Shown piece after piece: positions 47,004-59,974 of a stretch of DNA of 64,000 nt. The DNA lies in assembly GCA_051047955.1 (NCBI GenBank), contig JBPGPT010000008.1, forward strand, positions 248,001 through 312,000, in the 5' to 3' direction. Origin of the DNA: Cystobasidiomycetes sp. EMM_F5. Its lineage: Eukaryota. The notes beneath the pieces were generated by a model. That model worked only from the letters and a program-made list of their open reading frames with translations, did no database searches and was not told the DNA's origin. The translations under genes and the position numbers were made by a program. The stretch's first letter is position 1. Every line of letters starts with the position of its first letter.

Positions 47004-49541
47004 TTATACCTCGAGTATTGGATCAGACAACAACCAGCTCCACGAAGCCAGACCATCATCCTCAGCAGTATCAAGTCCTAGACCTGCTGTTGCAGCAAGG
47101 GACGGCGGCCACGGGTAGAGCATGGTCTCGTTGAAATTGCTAAACGGTCGCGTTAATGTGTCTTCCTGTGTGAAAGTAGCCGCACGTTCGCTGCCAGAAA
47201 TTGTTGCATTCGTGACGAGCGGAACGGTTGGATTGTCGCCACCGACTGGAGCCAAGTGCGAGCGGAGCACCCGCAGCAATTGGTGACCATAGATGGCGTT
47301 CGGACCGTTACGGTATGCTGGCTGAGAGCCACTGTCGACGAGAAATCGAGATACCTGTCCAATGAGCCCGATGATGGCAGCCCTTGGCACGCCTCGGGAC
47401 TCGATCGGATAGAGCTGCAGTGGTGTAAGCGAGGAACGAGTCTAAGAGATGCGAGCCATACGCACGGAAAGAGTGAGAAGAGCTCCGTACGTGATCATGA
47501 GGGCGATGCTGGCGGATAGATTACGCAGAGAAGACTCGTGCAGCACTATCAATTCGCAGGATCGCAATGCCGCCTCCCAGCATTGGGTACGCAATTGCGA
47601 GTAAGATTCCTCGGCACAATGATACGGCAAGCCGAGACCTAGCGCCCAGACTCTGGTTTCGGCATGTATGAGATTGATGCAAAGTGCCTGCTTGTATGCC
47701 GAAGGCCATCCTGAAGCGACACTTAGGTTGATCAGCTGAAGCTGATGGCGCTAGATGCGGACGAAGGTGAAACAGACAAACCTGCGATTTCAAGTATCGA
47801 GAGTCGAGGCTTCCAGGTATCGATACGTTCGTGTACCAGGTCGAGTATGAGTCGTGGTATTTTGCTGGAAGCGATTGCAGGCTGATCCTTTTGCGCTTGG
47901 ACCACAGCAGTCCGGATCTTACTCTACGGGAAGGTCAGTAATGGTCTAAACATGCAGCTCGTTTGGCGGCTCACACATTCAAGACGCAGTGACACTACGT
48001 CAAGCAAATGAGCATCATCCGGATGAGCATTGGCTGCCTTATCCCAGCCGTGTAAGGCCGGCATGACCGATGAATCAGGGAATGTCCAGGAGCGACCTGT
48101 TGCGAGAGCAAAGCTGCGATCCCATACGAAAACTGCAATAAACGATCGCTCCCTTGCCCTGTTGATCGAAAGTGAGTCAGATGATGTGTAAGCACACGAC
48201 GGTGATGACTGGAGGTCACTGACCGAGCAGCGCGAGCAGTGTATTCAGAATTGCCGTTGCCGTTGGTTTCGAGCGGTTCCAAAGATGGAGCGCGTGACCT
48301 GATTGTGTCATGCTTGACAGGATTATGTTCAAAGACGGAGTCTAAGCGCAAGTCCAGGATCATGCCGATAGCAAAATTGAGCCAACGTCCTTGCTGATCT
48401 TCGTCGGCACGAGCGGCAGAGCGTGGCCATATAGCCAAGACGTTTATGCCTTGCACAATCTCTAGAGATGAAAGGTTCCGCTTGAATATCAGATCCAGCA
48501 AATGCGATGCGTGCTTGCTGAGAACATCGACCGTCGCCTCACGGTCGGCCATACTCTGCGCCGCGACCAGGGCTATTGCAGTCAGTAATAGTGACGACTG
48601 TCGTCGTGCAAACCGCGGTGTTGTTAACACTGGATCTAATGTAGGCGCCAGGGGATGAATCTCGTTGAAAAAGTAGTCAAAGAGCTGGTCGAGATCCTGT
48701 TCTTTGACGAGACCAGCTGCCACAGGATCGTATTCGTGCCCTACATCGCGATGAGTTGAGCCAGCGGCTTTCTCTGCGAAGTAGTGGTCACCCGGCAAGG
48801 ATCCATGACACGGCTGACTTGGGCCGGCCTTTAGGAACTCTAGACCTTTGTTCAAGACATGACGGGGTACGCGTATGATGGGCAGAGGATCTGTTGTGCT
48901 TAAGTGTAGATCCTCGCTTGTATTGCCTGTTGCCAGATTTTGAGGGTAGAAAGTTGACTGAGGCGATGGATTTGTCCGGAGAGACTCTTGATGGCCAGCT
49001 GCAGCCACTTGAGATGCTCCCGCAAGTAGACCGAGAGGGTTGGGAAGGTCAGTGAAGGAGGACGGTGAACGGTCTTCCAATGCGGGCGGTGCGGGTTCGG
49101 CGACCGGGCTATAAGCCGCAAACATCTGACGGTCTGGCGTGAGTCCATTCCCGGAGCTGAATCACATCAGTCATAATCATAGACGAGGTCAGTATTCCCC
49201 AGAATGTGTAGAATTCTCGCAAAACACCTCACGCAAGAAACACCTTCCTACCACCGGCTCGGCGAACGGGAGTCTGCACAACGCATTCTTGACCAAGACG
49301 GATACATCGCGAGCATCTAGAGTAGTTTGAAGCTTGCGCCGATGTGCTTGCGACGTTGCATCGAACCTGTTGGACAATTCCGCGAGTGCCCGCAGCTCTC
49401 AGCCTTCTTCCGGCTCCTCGCATCGCTGAAGCCCACCTTGGCCTGCCTACAGCTCACGCAAGCTACAGAGCTCCTCGTACTGGTAGCTGTCCATGGCTCG
49501 TCGCTATTCTTCAGCGGGGTTTGGCCAGTATTTCCATCCAT
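47004..49541 (-). CDS. Zn(II)2Cys6 fungal transcription factor, multi-exon
   Basis: Spliced ACVSCRQAK/VRC...RCSRCIRLGQEC; NPLGLLAGAS; YDPVAAGLV...LFDYFF; SSLLLTAIAL; SSLEIVQG. 3' end approximate. Confidence 0.85.
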
Positions 49542-49737
49542 CGGGTCTCTGGGGAACCGTCCGGCCCGACCTGGCGCAAGGTTTCTGGCGTTAAGCACGC
49601 TGCTCAGTCATAGCTTAGGGCACTGAAACAGCTTGCGTCCTTGTGCATTGATGCTGATGTTGGCTTGAAAGAAAGGCTACAACATGTTCCCACGTCCAAA
49701 CGTACATTGCCTCCAAAGCGGGCCGCTATTTCGTACC

Positions 49738-50867
49738 TCATGTTAGACCCTGCACGGTCTGCACTATCCATGCTTTGCCCTGTTTGCTATCCGACAAGCC
49801 ATATCGCCTGCAGAAGGAACGCTGAGTTCGCGCTTTGTCTCCCGCGAATTCTTAGCTTACCATGCGAGCGGAAAGCAATGCATTTGCCTTTCCCAGACCA
49901 GCCAACGGCCAGAGACGCCTTGCTTTTGCGCCTTCTCCAGTAGCAGTACGGTATCTGGCGCCAGGACATCCCAAGTCCCCACAATACCATGGAGGCGTAC
50001 ATTGCGCTTTTGTAGGACACTCAGATCCGCCAGAAGAGGCGATACAGAAGGGTCGGCCGCATCCATACCCTTTGTCCATTGCTCCGCTACCCACCCAGTA
50101 TACTTTACGCTGAGGATCGGGTCATTACGGTCTACAGACTTCATTTGCGGATTACTATTTCGTGCGTCGGCGCATGGCGAAATGAGGAAGATGTCTGATG
50201 GAGCAAGTGCGTTTGTATCTTGCGAAAGAGCGAGTAGAGTGATTGATATGGCGATATTCCCACCAGAACTATCGCCCATGAGCCCAATTTGCTCGGATGA
50301 TTTTGCTGCTAGAGCGAGCAGACTATGATATAGCTTGACCAGCTGCGGAATACTGTCTTTGGCTGGAGAGTTGGGTGCCAAAGGCGGAGAGACGACTGTC
50401 ACTGGTATTCGGCTTGCGCACGTCAGTTCGGCAACGAAACTCCAATGATCTGATGAAGGTGGTCTGAGCAAAGATTATGTCAGTTGGAGATGGGCAGACT
50501 GGAAAGGTTCAGCGTCACGATTGGAAGCCCCCGCCGCAGAAGCTGTAACGGTGACCAGTAGGGTTCGTGAAATCGTCAATACACCTGTCACTGTCGCCAC
50601 CCATGTCACAACGTGAATGGCTTACTAGAGTATCCGTCTTCTGTTAGTAGACTGACCCGTCTTTGGCGTCAAATCGTACAGCCATATCCCATCAACCTGG
50701 CGCTCAACGATATCGCATCTCCGTTTCGCAGACCGATGCGGCATGCATTGCGGTGATCCAGCTGGCAGCGGCTTGCCTGGCTTGATGAGCATTGTTCCAA
50801 AAGGTCGCACGACATTCTGCAGAACCATCATTGGTATCGAACGGTCACTCCTCGTCGTCACCTCCAT
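49738..50867 (-). CDS. Alpha/beta hydrolase (HSL-like esterase/lipase), multi-exon
   Basis: Oxyanion FCGGGFQ; nucleophile GDSSGG; LISP; DPSVSPL; GTWDVLAPD; MHCFPLAW. Confidence 0.85.
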
Positions 50868-51020
50868 GGCCGCTGTGCCGCCTCAGCGTTGCGGCCTGAG
50901 GCAATCTGCGATATGTACGGTCGGCTCTGTCATGCATTCGTTGTGCTACATTGTGTGCGTGTATATACACAATAGTCACTGCTACATCAAGATTATCAAG
51001 CGGTCATCGCTATTACAGCC

Positions 51021-51748
51021 CTACTGTCCAAATTGCGAGCGAGCCTGTTGCGCTTCCTGCAGCCTAGCTTGAGCCTGTTCGAACTCTACGCGCGCCGCTT
51101 CTTCGCGGGCTTGCAGCTTTCCATGCGCATCCGTACGTGCAGCATTGTGTCTGATGAAAGTATACGACAATGTTAATCGCGAGCGCCTTGCAGAGTGAGA
51201 CATGTCGTGAGGACCTACTTTGCCATGGCCCTGTCAAGTTCCGCTTTGGCTTCGCGCTCACGGGCGAGCGAGTCTTCAATATCGTCCTTCTTGCGACCGA
51301 GGAAGCCCTTCTCGTCGTGTGTGCGAGTGTCTACGTGCTTGTCGTGACCAAGGATACCCGTGCCGGTGGTGCCGGTATGCTGGTTGTGGACTCCTCCAAC
51401 GGTATCCGTCTGATGGGCTACAGGTGCGTTGTGCGCATGCGATCCTGTCACACCGTGGTGAGTCCCAGTGCTGCTGCTGCGTTAGAAATGCAACCTTCAG
51501 CCGTCATAAGCATCGAACAAGCGGGCGCAGACTGACTGGGTCGCATACGGGTCCTGGCTGGCAGGAGCGCCATAGGCTGCACCCGCTGGCAAGGTAGACG
51601 ACTGCATAGCTGGGTCATGGCTGGTCGTGTGGGTGGTGGTGTTGCTGTGCGAGTGTCTGGCAGTATGGAGCATCATTCATTAGCCCGGACAGCCGTTAAT
51701 TCCAATAACTTTCTCCACCGACCCCTTGAGCTTGTCGAGGATGGCCAT
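51021..51748 (-). CDS. Small hydrophilic His/Thr/Gly-rich protein with a coiled-coil tail (stress/hydrophilin-like), 4 exons
   Basis: Spliced MAILDKLKG/HSHSNTTTHTTSHDP.../...HTGTTGTGILGHDKH...REREAKAELDRAMA/...ARLQEAQQARSQFGQ* with canonical splice sites. Confidence 0.65.
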
Positions 51749-52165
51749 TGTGCTGGATGTTTGACAGAAATGTGCAATTTGTTGGATGCAAAGTAAATAG
51801 ATTAAGCAGCACCACAGGTGGTTCAAGTAGCCGGTTTGCGGGACACAGCATGACGCGGTGGCGTACATTCGAGTCTGACGCGACCCTGACATCATGGGCG
51901 TTGCGTGCGTGAGAACAAGGGAAACGCAAAGCGGAGACGGAGCTCTCAGCTCATGTCCAAACTGTCATTCACACAGAGCCTGCCGTAGCTAGTACTGCAA
52001 CACAACAGGACACACCATACCTCACTAGTTTATAAACTGCCAGAGAAGAAAAGCCGCAATCCATACGCGGGAATGAGAAGAGTTGGAAGCGGTTATTAGG
52101 GTGTTGAAACACCGTAATGGCTGTTGGATGCATGCGAAGATTGCGCTCAGCGCTAAATCTGAAGC

Positions 52166-55100
52166 CTAGACATCGAGCAAGCCGGTAATCTTGCGGACGT
52201 GCGGGGCATGTAGCCTGGCGTGAAGCAACTCAGCGAATAATCATGCCAGAGCAGAGAAAGGATGACTCACCACGCCGGGACGTAGGTATAGAGATCCTCA
52301 ATCTCGCGTGGCAACGGAACCTCGTACGCACCGACCTCTTCGAGTTCCGGAGGCAAGAGAAGATGATCTATCAAGTCCAAGAATTAAGTAATGCCTGATG
52401 TGTCAGCAATCCATTTCATACCATTCTTATCATTTGCCATGACCCTTGAAGCTACTGCTTTCAAAACTTCAGCCGAGATGGGGGCCTGGGAAAGAATGAT
52501 CAGCTGTGGTGAGAATGCCAGAAAAGCTAGTCTGCTCACCTCGTAGTCAGCTACGTAATAGTGCGAGATGAGCTTCTGAATCTGCGTCGGCGTGAGCATC
52601 CAGCAAACATCGAAGATGATTTCGATATCGCTCAAATGCGCCTGTTTCAAGTGCGTGTTCAGCTGCCTTGGACAATGGAGAGGAGGACGGGTATGCACCT
52701 TTTTGAGCTGAAGCAGCTTGGTCGCTTGCATGAGATGCTCAAGTTGCAGCGTTCCCTCGGGCATGTCCTTTGACTGACACCATTCTTCAATTCGGGTGAT
52801 GTTGTACTGAATTTGCATGGCTATAAAGACGACAGGCTTAGCATCCAATTACTTACGAAAAGCCTCCGCGCTAGCTTACCTCTCTTCCACGAACAAAAGT
52901 TGCGTCGCATCAAGAGCTCGTTAAAGCTAGTCACGCCTACCAGTTTTAGGAGCTCAGTAACGACCTGCTGTAAAACGGTATGCTCGACATAGTAGCTCTT
53001 CAATGCCTTGTAGATCTTGTTCAATAGTCCCAAGATGTCGTCAGTATTGTAGGCCGGCGTCGTATTTCCAGACAGGAATCGATTGAAGAGTTTTGGTCCT
53101 CCTTCATTGCTGATGAAGCCTGGTAAGGCTTGATATTCGATCAGAGCAGGAATGGCCATCTTTGATAGTATCTTCTTGGTCTCTTGCATCCATGTGTGAT
53201 AAATGTTGTATTCGAGCGAATCCAAATCGTGTTTGACTATAGTGACTAGTCGCTCGTACTCATCCCAATCAAACTCACGCCCAGAACCGTCAGCGCCAGG
53301 TCCAATACCTTGCAGGATATCGCTTTCGGCAATGCATACGAACGACAAGATCTCGTGCACGTTCGACAGCCAGAATATTCCAGGAACAATGCATTCTTCG
53401 CCCGAAAAGTTCTGCGGCTAGCGTCAGCCCATATAATGTGTCAACCTATATCCAGCACCTTACCATGACATGCGATTGTATCGTTTGCATGACGTTTGCC
53501 AAGAATCTCTCACTTTCGCGCAACATACCGTATTTCCACATCTCATTGGTGACGAGCGAAATGAGGTGGGCGGGAAATAGCACTTCTTTCGGGACCGGAG
53601 GTGTCGAGGAACTCGCCTGAGGTATTCGAAGGTTGACAATGAGTGATCCTAGCATATCTTCATCGAGAGGTTTCTCGTCCTCCAGCAATTTAATGATTTC
53701 CTGTGCAATCGCTTCGGGATCAAGCGGTTGATCACCGGCAAGTTTGCGCAGAGCATCCTGTGGAAGTCCATTGACAGAGAACGCTCGTGGAGCAAACTCG
53801 TCGTACGGCGGCAATGTAGATTGAGTGGAATCGGACGGGTAAATTTGAGGCACGCTACCGCGTCGATTACGACGCTTATGCGGCGTGGCAAGGGCAGATC
53901 CTGCGCCGTTCTCGCCCGGCCTGCCAAGGGCCATGTTGAAATTTGGTGGTCCGTCTCTGGCCTGGGCACTGGAAGATTGCTTGCCACTGCTGAGGTTTGC
54001 CGCCCGACTCAGTTGCTCCCTCAATGAAGCCAACTCTGCTCGCAGGGTGCCGATAGCGGCGGAATCATCCGAATGATGATTTGTAGCACCATTTAAAACC
54101 TTTTGCCGCGCCTCCATCGCTTCGGTCTGCTTTGCAAAATCAGCCAAGAGCTTCTCAATCTGCGAGTCTTGATCCGCAATCTTCTTCATTGAGGTCTGCA
54201 GCTTCTCGTCGACTTGCTGTTTTTGTCGACTCAGGGCCTCAAATTCTGGAAGTGCAACAGATGACTTTTTCTGGACCTCGACAAGCTCTTTTGCTTTCGC
54301 CTCTGCTTCGTCAAATTTGACTGTCCACGACAAGAGCGACTCTTCCAGCTGCTTGATTTTCGCCTGCTGTTCGCGATTCTCCGCATTCCGCTTTTGTAGA
54401 GTCTGCGTGAGTTCAACAACCTTGTTCTCGAGCTTGTATGAGACTTCCTTGAAATGCGAGGCAGACTTGGCAGCGACACGAAGTGTCTTAAGTTGATTAC
54501 GCGCCAGTTTTCGTCGGACTGCAGATTGTGCCGTGATGATCCGCTTGCGATCGTGCAAATAGGCTCGTCGGACAACAGTGCCGCGCCAGAACGCCTGTAA
54601 GCGAAGTACTGCAGCTTCCTTTCGATACTCTCGATACTGCAATCGAGCCTTCCGACCTCGTAATGCTGTCAAGGCTGGCGTCAGCTAATTTTGCGCGTCT
54701 CCAGCACAATCCACATGCGCACCTGATTGCAAGACAATGACAGCCTTCTGCGTTCGCAAGTAGCGCTTGCGCTCAAGATAGCCTCTGACGACCTTTTGAA
54801 TACCCAGGGCAGCCTCCTCTCGCCTTCTCCGCTGTAATTCACGCGTAGCCAGAGTTCGCCGCCAGCGACTCTGCACGCCAAGGATTGCTTGTCGCAAGCG
54901 TTGATACCTCCCTTGGTGATAGAAACGCAAGGCATTCTTCTGTATCAGAGTAGCGAGGGCGTTGAGACGATCCGTGCGAACTCTTTCCAGGTACGCCAGC
55001 ATGCCAGCGCGGAAGAAGATTTTGTTCAATCCGACCTGATACTTGTCTTCTTCCGTAATGACTTTCTGGAGAATAAGAGAGCATAGTCCCTTTAGGTCAG

Positions 55101-57814
55101 GCCCCCAATTGGAAGAAGCCGTCAGCATATAGTAACGCTCTGCGAATTCTTCAAATGTCCATCTTGTCGGATAGCCTGCGCAGCTAATTCTGATGGTTTC
55201 GAGCACACCGCATGCCTTGAGCTGGGACAAGACGAGCGGAGGATCGAACGCCCAGGCTGTTTTGGCTTCATTAGGCTTGATGCAACGAATGTAGTGGGCA
55301 TTAGTCGAGTCGATGGTGATTTTCAAATTCTGCAATGATGCCTTGAAAATGGAGCCGAGGGTGGGTTTGCGGGAGCTGCCGCCGGCTTTCTTTGCAGGAC
55401 CGCCTTTAGCAGCAGCAAGATCCGCTTTCGCGACCGATTCTGCTTGGGAAGATGCAAGGGCTTTGTCGAGCACCTCCTTGAGGAAGGTATTCGAGGTCGC
55501 GTTGAGCATGGCAAGATGCTCGTCCGGGACCGTATCTCGATTCTTTTCCAAGAAGCCGTCGATTTCGTACGTCACGTCGTGAGCGTAGTGAGCTATAGTA
55601 AAGGCTGATGTCCCGAAGCGAGGTTTCTTGAAGACTTTGGCATTGGCGGGTTTGACAAGTTCTGAATACAGCTTTGTGATGAGCGAGTTGTCGGAACCGG
55701 CTGGCAAACGCGACTCTTCGTCCAACAGGGAAAGGATACCGAGCTTGCCTTCGATTAGGTCTATAGTAGGCTGGTTATCGCTAAAGTCAATAAACTTCCA
55801 GTTGATCTGCTCTGCCAGGTACTCCTCCTGTTCAAGCTTGAAGACGTGCGCGTTGAATTGATGTTGTAATTGTTCGTTCGCGTAGTTGATACAGAATTGT
55901 TCAAATGAGTTTTTCTCTGTGTGCGCAGAAAGGAACGGTCAGCCGTCTGGTCTTCAGCACGCCAATGGTGACCTACTGAAGTGCTCGAATCCATAAATGT
56001 CGAGAACACCGATAAAATTGGCAACATCGTGTGCATCCTTGGCGAGCGAGTCGTTGATGACGCCGACGAGCCAGTCGAAAAGGCAAGCATAGACAAATTT
56101 CGCTACAGAGTCGCGTACGACGACAGCTTGTTGTGGGGATAGAGCCGTTACAATCTTGTCAGTCTTGGTGCTGATCTGCTTCTTGACGGTCCACTTCTTG
56201 TACTCGGAGGCATCGATGCCGAGCAGCTGCGTTGCAAGCTTGAGATGCGGGTCATCGTCGGATATGACGGCATCGTTTCGAGCGGGTTTGATTTCAATGT
56301 TACCGATGTGCAGAAGCGCCCCTAGGATCTGGAAAATCTGCCATCGCATCTGACTATTGATACCAACCGTATCGAGCGCCTTCTGGGTTGCTTCAAAGTC
56401 TTCTGCATCATTGACGCCCTTGATCGTGGCAGAGGCAGAGCCACCTTGATTTAGGTAAAAGAAGTTGCTTGCGTCCTCCAATCCCATAGACTTTAGGTCA
56501 CTTGGAGGGAGTCCGGACAGAAGCTGGTAGAAGATGTGATAATTGCGCTCCGTTTCCGGTTGATATACCAAACGACTCCGCTCGAGCAGGTACGTTCGTA
56601 TCCGCGCGCCAATGATAGTTTGAGTGGAATCAAACAGGATCTGTGGCGAAGTATGAGTAGACATTGGAGTTGCATAGCAGTAGATGTACCAACCTCTATG
56701 TACTTGCCGAAACGCGAGGAATTGTCATTGCGTGTTGTCTTGGCATTACCGAAAGCCTCCATGATTGGATTGGTTGCTAAGATTTGCCTTTCGACCTCAG
56801 ACATGCCATCCTTGTCTTTTGATGCTTTCCGCTTTCCGGGGCGCTCGGGATCGTCGACCATTGCAAAGTAACGCATAATGTATTTGGCAGAGACTGTCTT
56901 TCCCGCTCCACTGTTTGCATCGAGTCAGTAATGCGCAAGGCTATGCATGTGCTTAATGACTACCTCTCTCCGCTGACAATGATTGTCTGATTCCGCTTGT
57001 CGCGGACCATGCAGCGGTATGCATCTTCGGCGATGGCGAACAGATGTGGTTCGAGCTGAATATATCCGAAAAGAATACACTGCTGGTAAGTACTGAGATA
57101 GATCAATGCTGGCCGAGTAGATACGCACATCGCCTTTCCGCTTGCCAGCATACGCTTGAACCAAGTCGGACGAATACAGCGGGACAGAGGCGAAGGGATT
57201 GACTGCGACCAGAACGATACCAGAGTAGGTGTAGATCTGGGTATTGCCCTGATAACGTGTTCGAATAGAATGCAACACGCTTGCCTGAGTTGTTGAAGAC
57301 GCGTAGAGGAGGGATATTCAGCATTTGGCGACTGCGATAATTCTACCGCCAAACTGACTTCGTTCAAGTAGGAGAGATTGGTCATATCTTCTGTTCCTTC
57401 GAGCATCGGGGGATTGCGCAAGGGCGGCAGTTGACTGTACGCGCTCGCCTCGAGGTCGGCAATGCTGGAGGTGAAGACATGGTCCTGGAAGAACGGTCAG
57501 TCAGTCACGAACGGAGCCCGAACAGAAGTCCAGGCGCGCCCAAGCGGAGCTCGTCTCGTCTTTGCTCGTTGCCAGGTCGCCACTTACTCTGCCATTGTCA
57601 TCCACAAACCGCAGCGTCACGGCGGTGTCTGTGATATCGCTCGACTGAAATGTCGCAGATATCCATCCTTCCTCTGTCAGCCATTTTGACATCCAGTCAG
57701 CCCATTTCCCTCGCATCTGCAAAGTCCAACAACAAGGCCAGGCTCACTCTGGTCCTGGAACCACGCCCGAGTGTCTGCCGTGAAGGCGAGCAGTGCTGAC
57801 GATGTCGACGACAT
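52166..57814 (-). CDS. MYO2: Class V myosin heavy chain, multi-exon
   Basis: [22 protein letters not shown]-loop [48 protein letters not shown] repeats; coiled coil; DIL domain ([24 protein letters not shown]). Confidence 0.97.
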
Positions 57815-58168
57815 GGCTCGATATGCTCGAGTACTACTCCAGAACGGCTACTCTGCCAGCCAGAATGTCGATACTTTGCGTTCACGTCCTTCGCTGCATC
57901 CGACTTTGTTGGGGGACGCGCCCAGTCTGCGCGATAAGGCTATGCGATGGCCGCAGCAGGCAGTATTTGATATCGCAGCAGTCCTAGTGTGCAGCTTGCA
58001 GAATTTCAGTATGTCTGTGTCGTTCTCGAATTATGTGCTCGACAACAGCTTTGCGCGCTCAGGCTCGATCGCGACGTTCAGATTTCAAAGACAACAAGCA
58101 GGCTAACTATAGTGTCAAGACTGACAATGTACCACGCAAACAGAACGTCATGTCTATTTATCTTCGTC

Positions 58169-59792
58169 TCACACTCCCCAGATGGACGCCAAACGGACTA
58201 GACTGCCGCGACGGAGCCTTCGTTTCGAAACCAGAAACTCTGACGGAACGGTGTGGTCATTGCTGCCAAGAATCATGCTGGCAAGGGCAGCTCCGCAGCT
58301 CCACGCATTCACCATTCCCTCGCCGTTGTATCCAGCTGCAATCCATTCGCCTGGTGGGATCCCACTTGCTTTGTCTTTGCCTTCATGAACATGCTCAGCA
58401 GGCAGGCTCCTGCCAGTCAAGCTATCATCGAGCCGACCGACCATCGGGAGGGCATCGATTGTGAAGCCGAGGACGCCAGTCCAATGATCAAGAATACGAC
58501 CTCGTGCCGAGTCTTGGCCCCAGTGCTGCCCAAATATGATCGGTGCGATGCCTCCAAGGTAGGCACCAACGACAGGATGTAGGCCCGCATCGTCGGACAT
58601 TCCAACTTCATCGAGACCGGCCAGTGTCAAGCCTCCACCCAGCAGAATCTCATCACTGCTGATGTCGCCTTCGCCATCCGTGCTGTCGCTGCGGGGACGC
58701 TGCGTTACATACTCGAAACCCTTTTTGCTGATGAAACTCCAGCTCCGCTTTCCGTTATAATTAGGCAGACAACTACCTGGGCGCTGTGCAGTCATTTGTC
58801 CGCGACATGGGAAAAGTTTGCCAGTCAAGCCAGGTACTAGTCCGCTTGCGTATCCATTTGTCGCATGGACTACGTGTCGAGCTCGAATGATACCTCGCGG
58901 AGTGACAACAGAATAAGGTTGAATACCTGTTGTATCTAGCGATACGGCGATAGCTGTGACTGGCGTTCTGGTAGCCAAGTGAAAATGACCTTCGTGCTTG
59001 GCAAGCAGATCATTCAAAATGGAAGTGATGAGGCGATAAGGCCACATCGCTCCAGCAGAATACGAGAGTGCGCCGAATATGTGTGCAGAAGTATCAAATT
59101 CCTAAAGCGAGGCAGTTAGCTTCTTCCCATCAAGTCGAATCATTGCAGGTAATGCATACCCGCTGCGCATCAGGGGCTTCGTAGACGTGAAACTCGGCCG
59201 CGACTTTCGGCATATGGGTTTGTAATTCAGACAAAGCCTGCTTGCCTTTCTCGAAAGACTCGGAATCGAGATACAGATCCACAGTGTCGACCTCGCGCGT
59301 CTCGCTTGCTGGGTGCGACAAGCCTAGCTGCAACAAAGTCTGTACTGTTTCCAGCTGGAAGCTCACTACCTCGACCGCCCTTTTCGGAGACATCCCTCCG
59401 CGTAGACATTGCGCAAATGCTTCGTGTGGGCTGGCCTTGAGGTGCCCGCCGTTTCTACCGGTAGCACCGGAACAAACATCTCTAGCTTCCAGCATGACAA
59501 TTTTGACATCAGCATCCTTCAATAGAGTGTGCACGACCGCTGTGCCAGTTATGCCAGATCCGATAACTATCACATCGGCAGTAGATGGCAATTCCACCTC
59601 CGAGTTATTGTGATTGACGAGCTCTGGGAAGGGAGGGTCACGAGTCCAGAAGGAATGGGTCGGGTTTGCCGCTGGTGGACTACATGGTTGACCCACACGT
59701 CTTGTCAGAGCATCGAAGTCATTGCTACTGCGGCGAAGCTCGGCTACGACTGCTTTGACGGTCAAAATCAGCTCGGATATCCAGCGAAGCAT
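58169..59792 (-). CDS. FAD-dependent oxidoreductase (DAO family), 2 exons
   Basis: ADVIVIGSGITG; LEARDVCSGATGRNGGH; VVHATNGY; WTGVLGFTIDALPMVG; WIAAGYNGEGM. Confidence 0.88.
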
Positions 59793-59974
59793 GGCGCACA
59801 CGAGGACTGAACGAGACCGAGGCCGAGATGGACCTCAACGATGCAAGGGATCTTGATGATGCGTCGCCAAAGCGATATTGCACCGTTCGACTGTTATTGT
59901 ATTATATTTCACGGCTTGACTGCGCGAGAATGGGCAGGCCGATGTCCCACCAGCCTTGACATGACTCCGCCAGT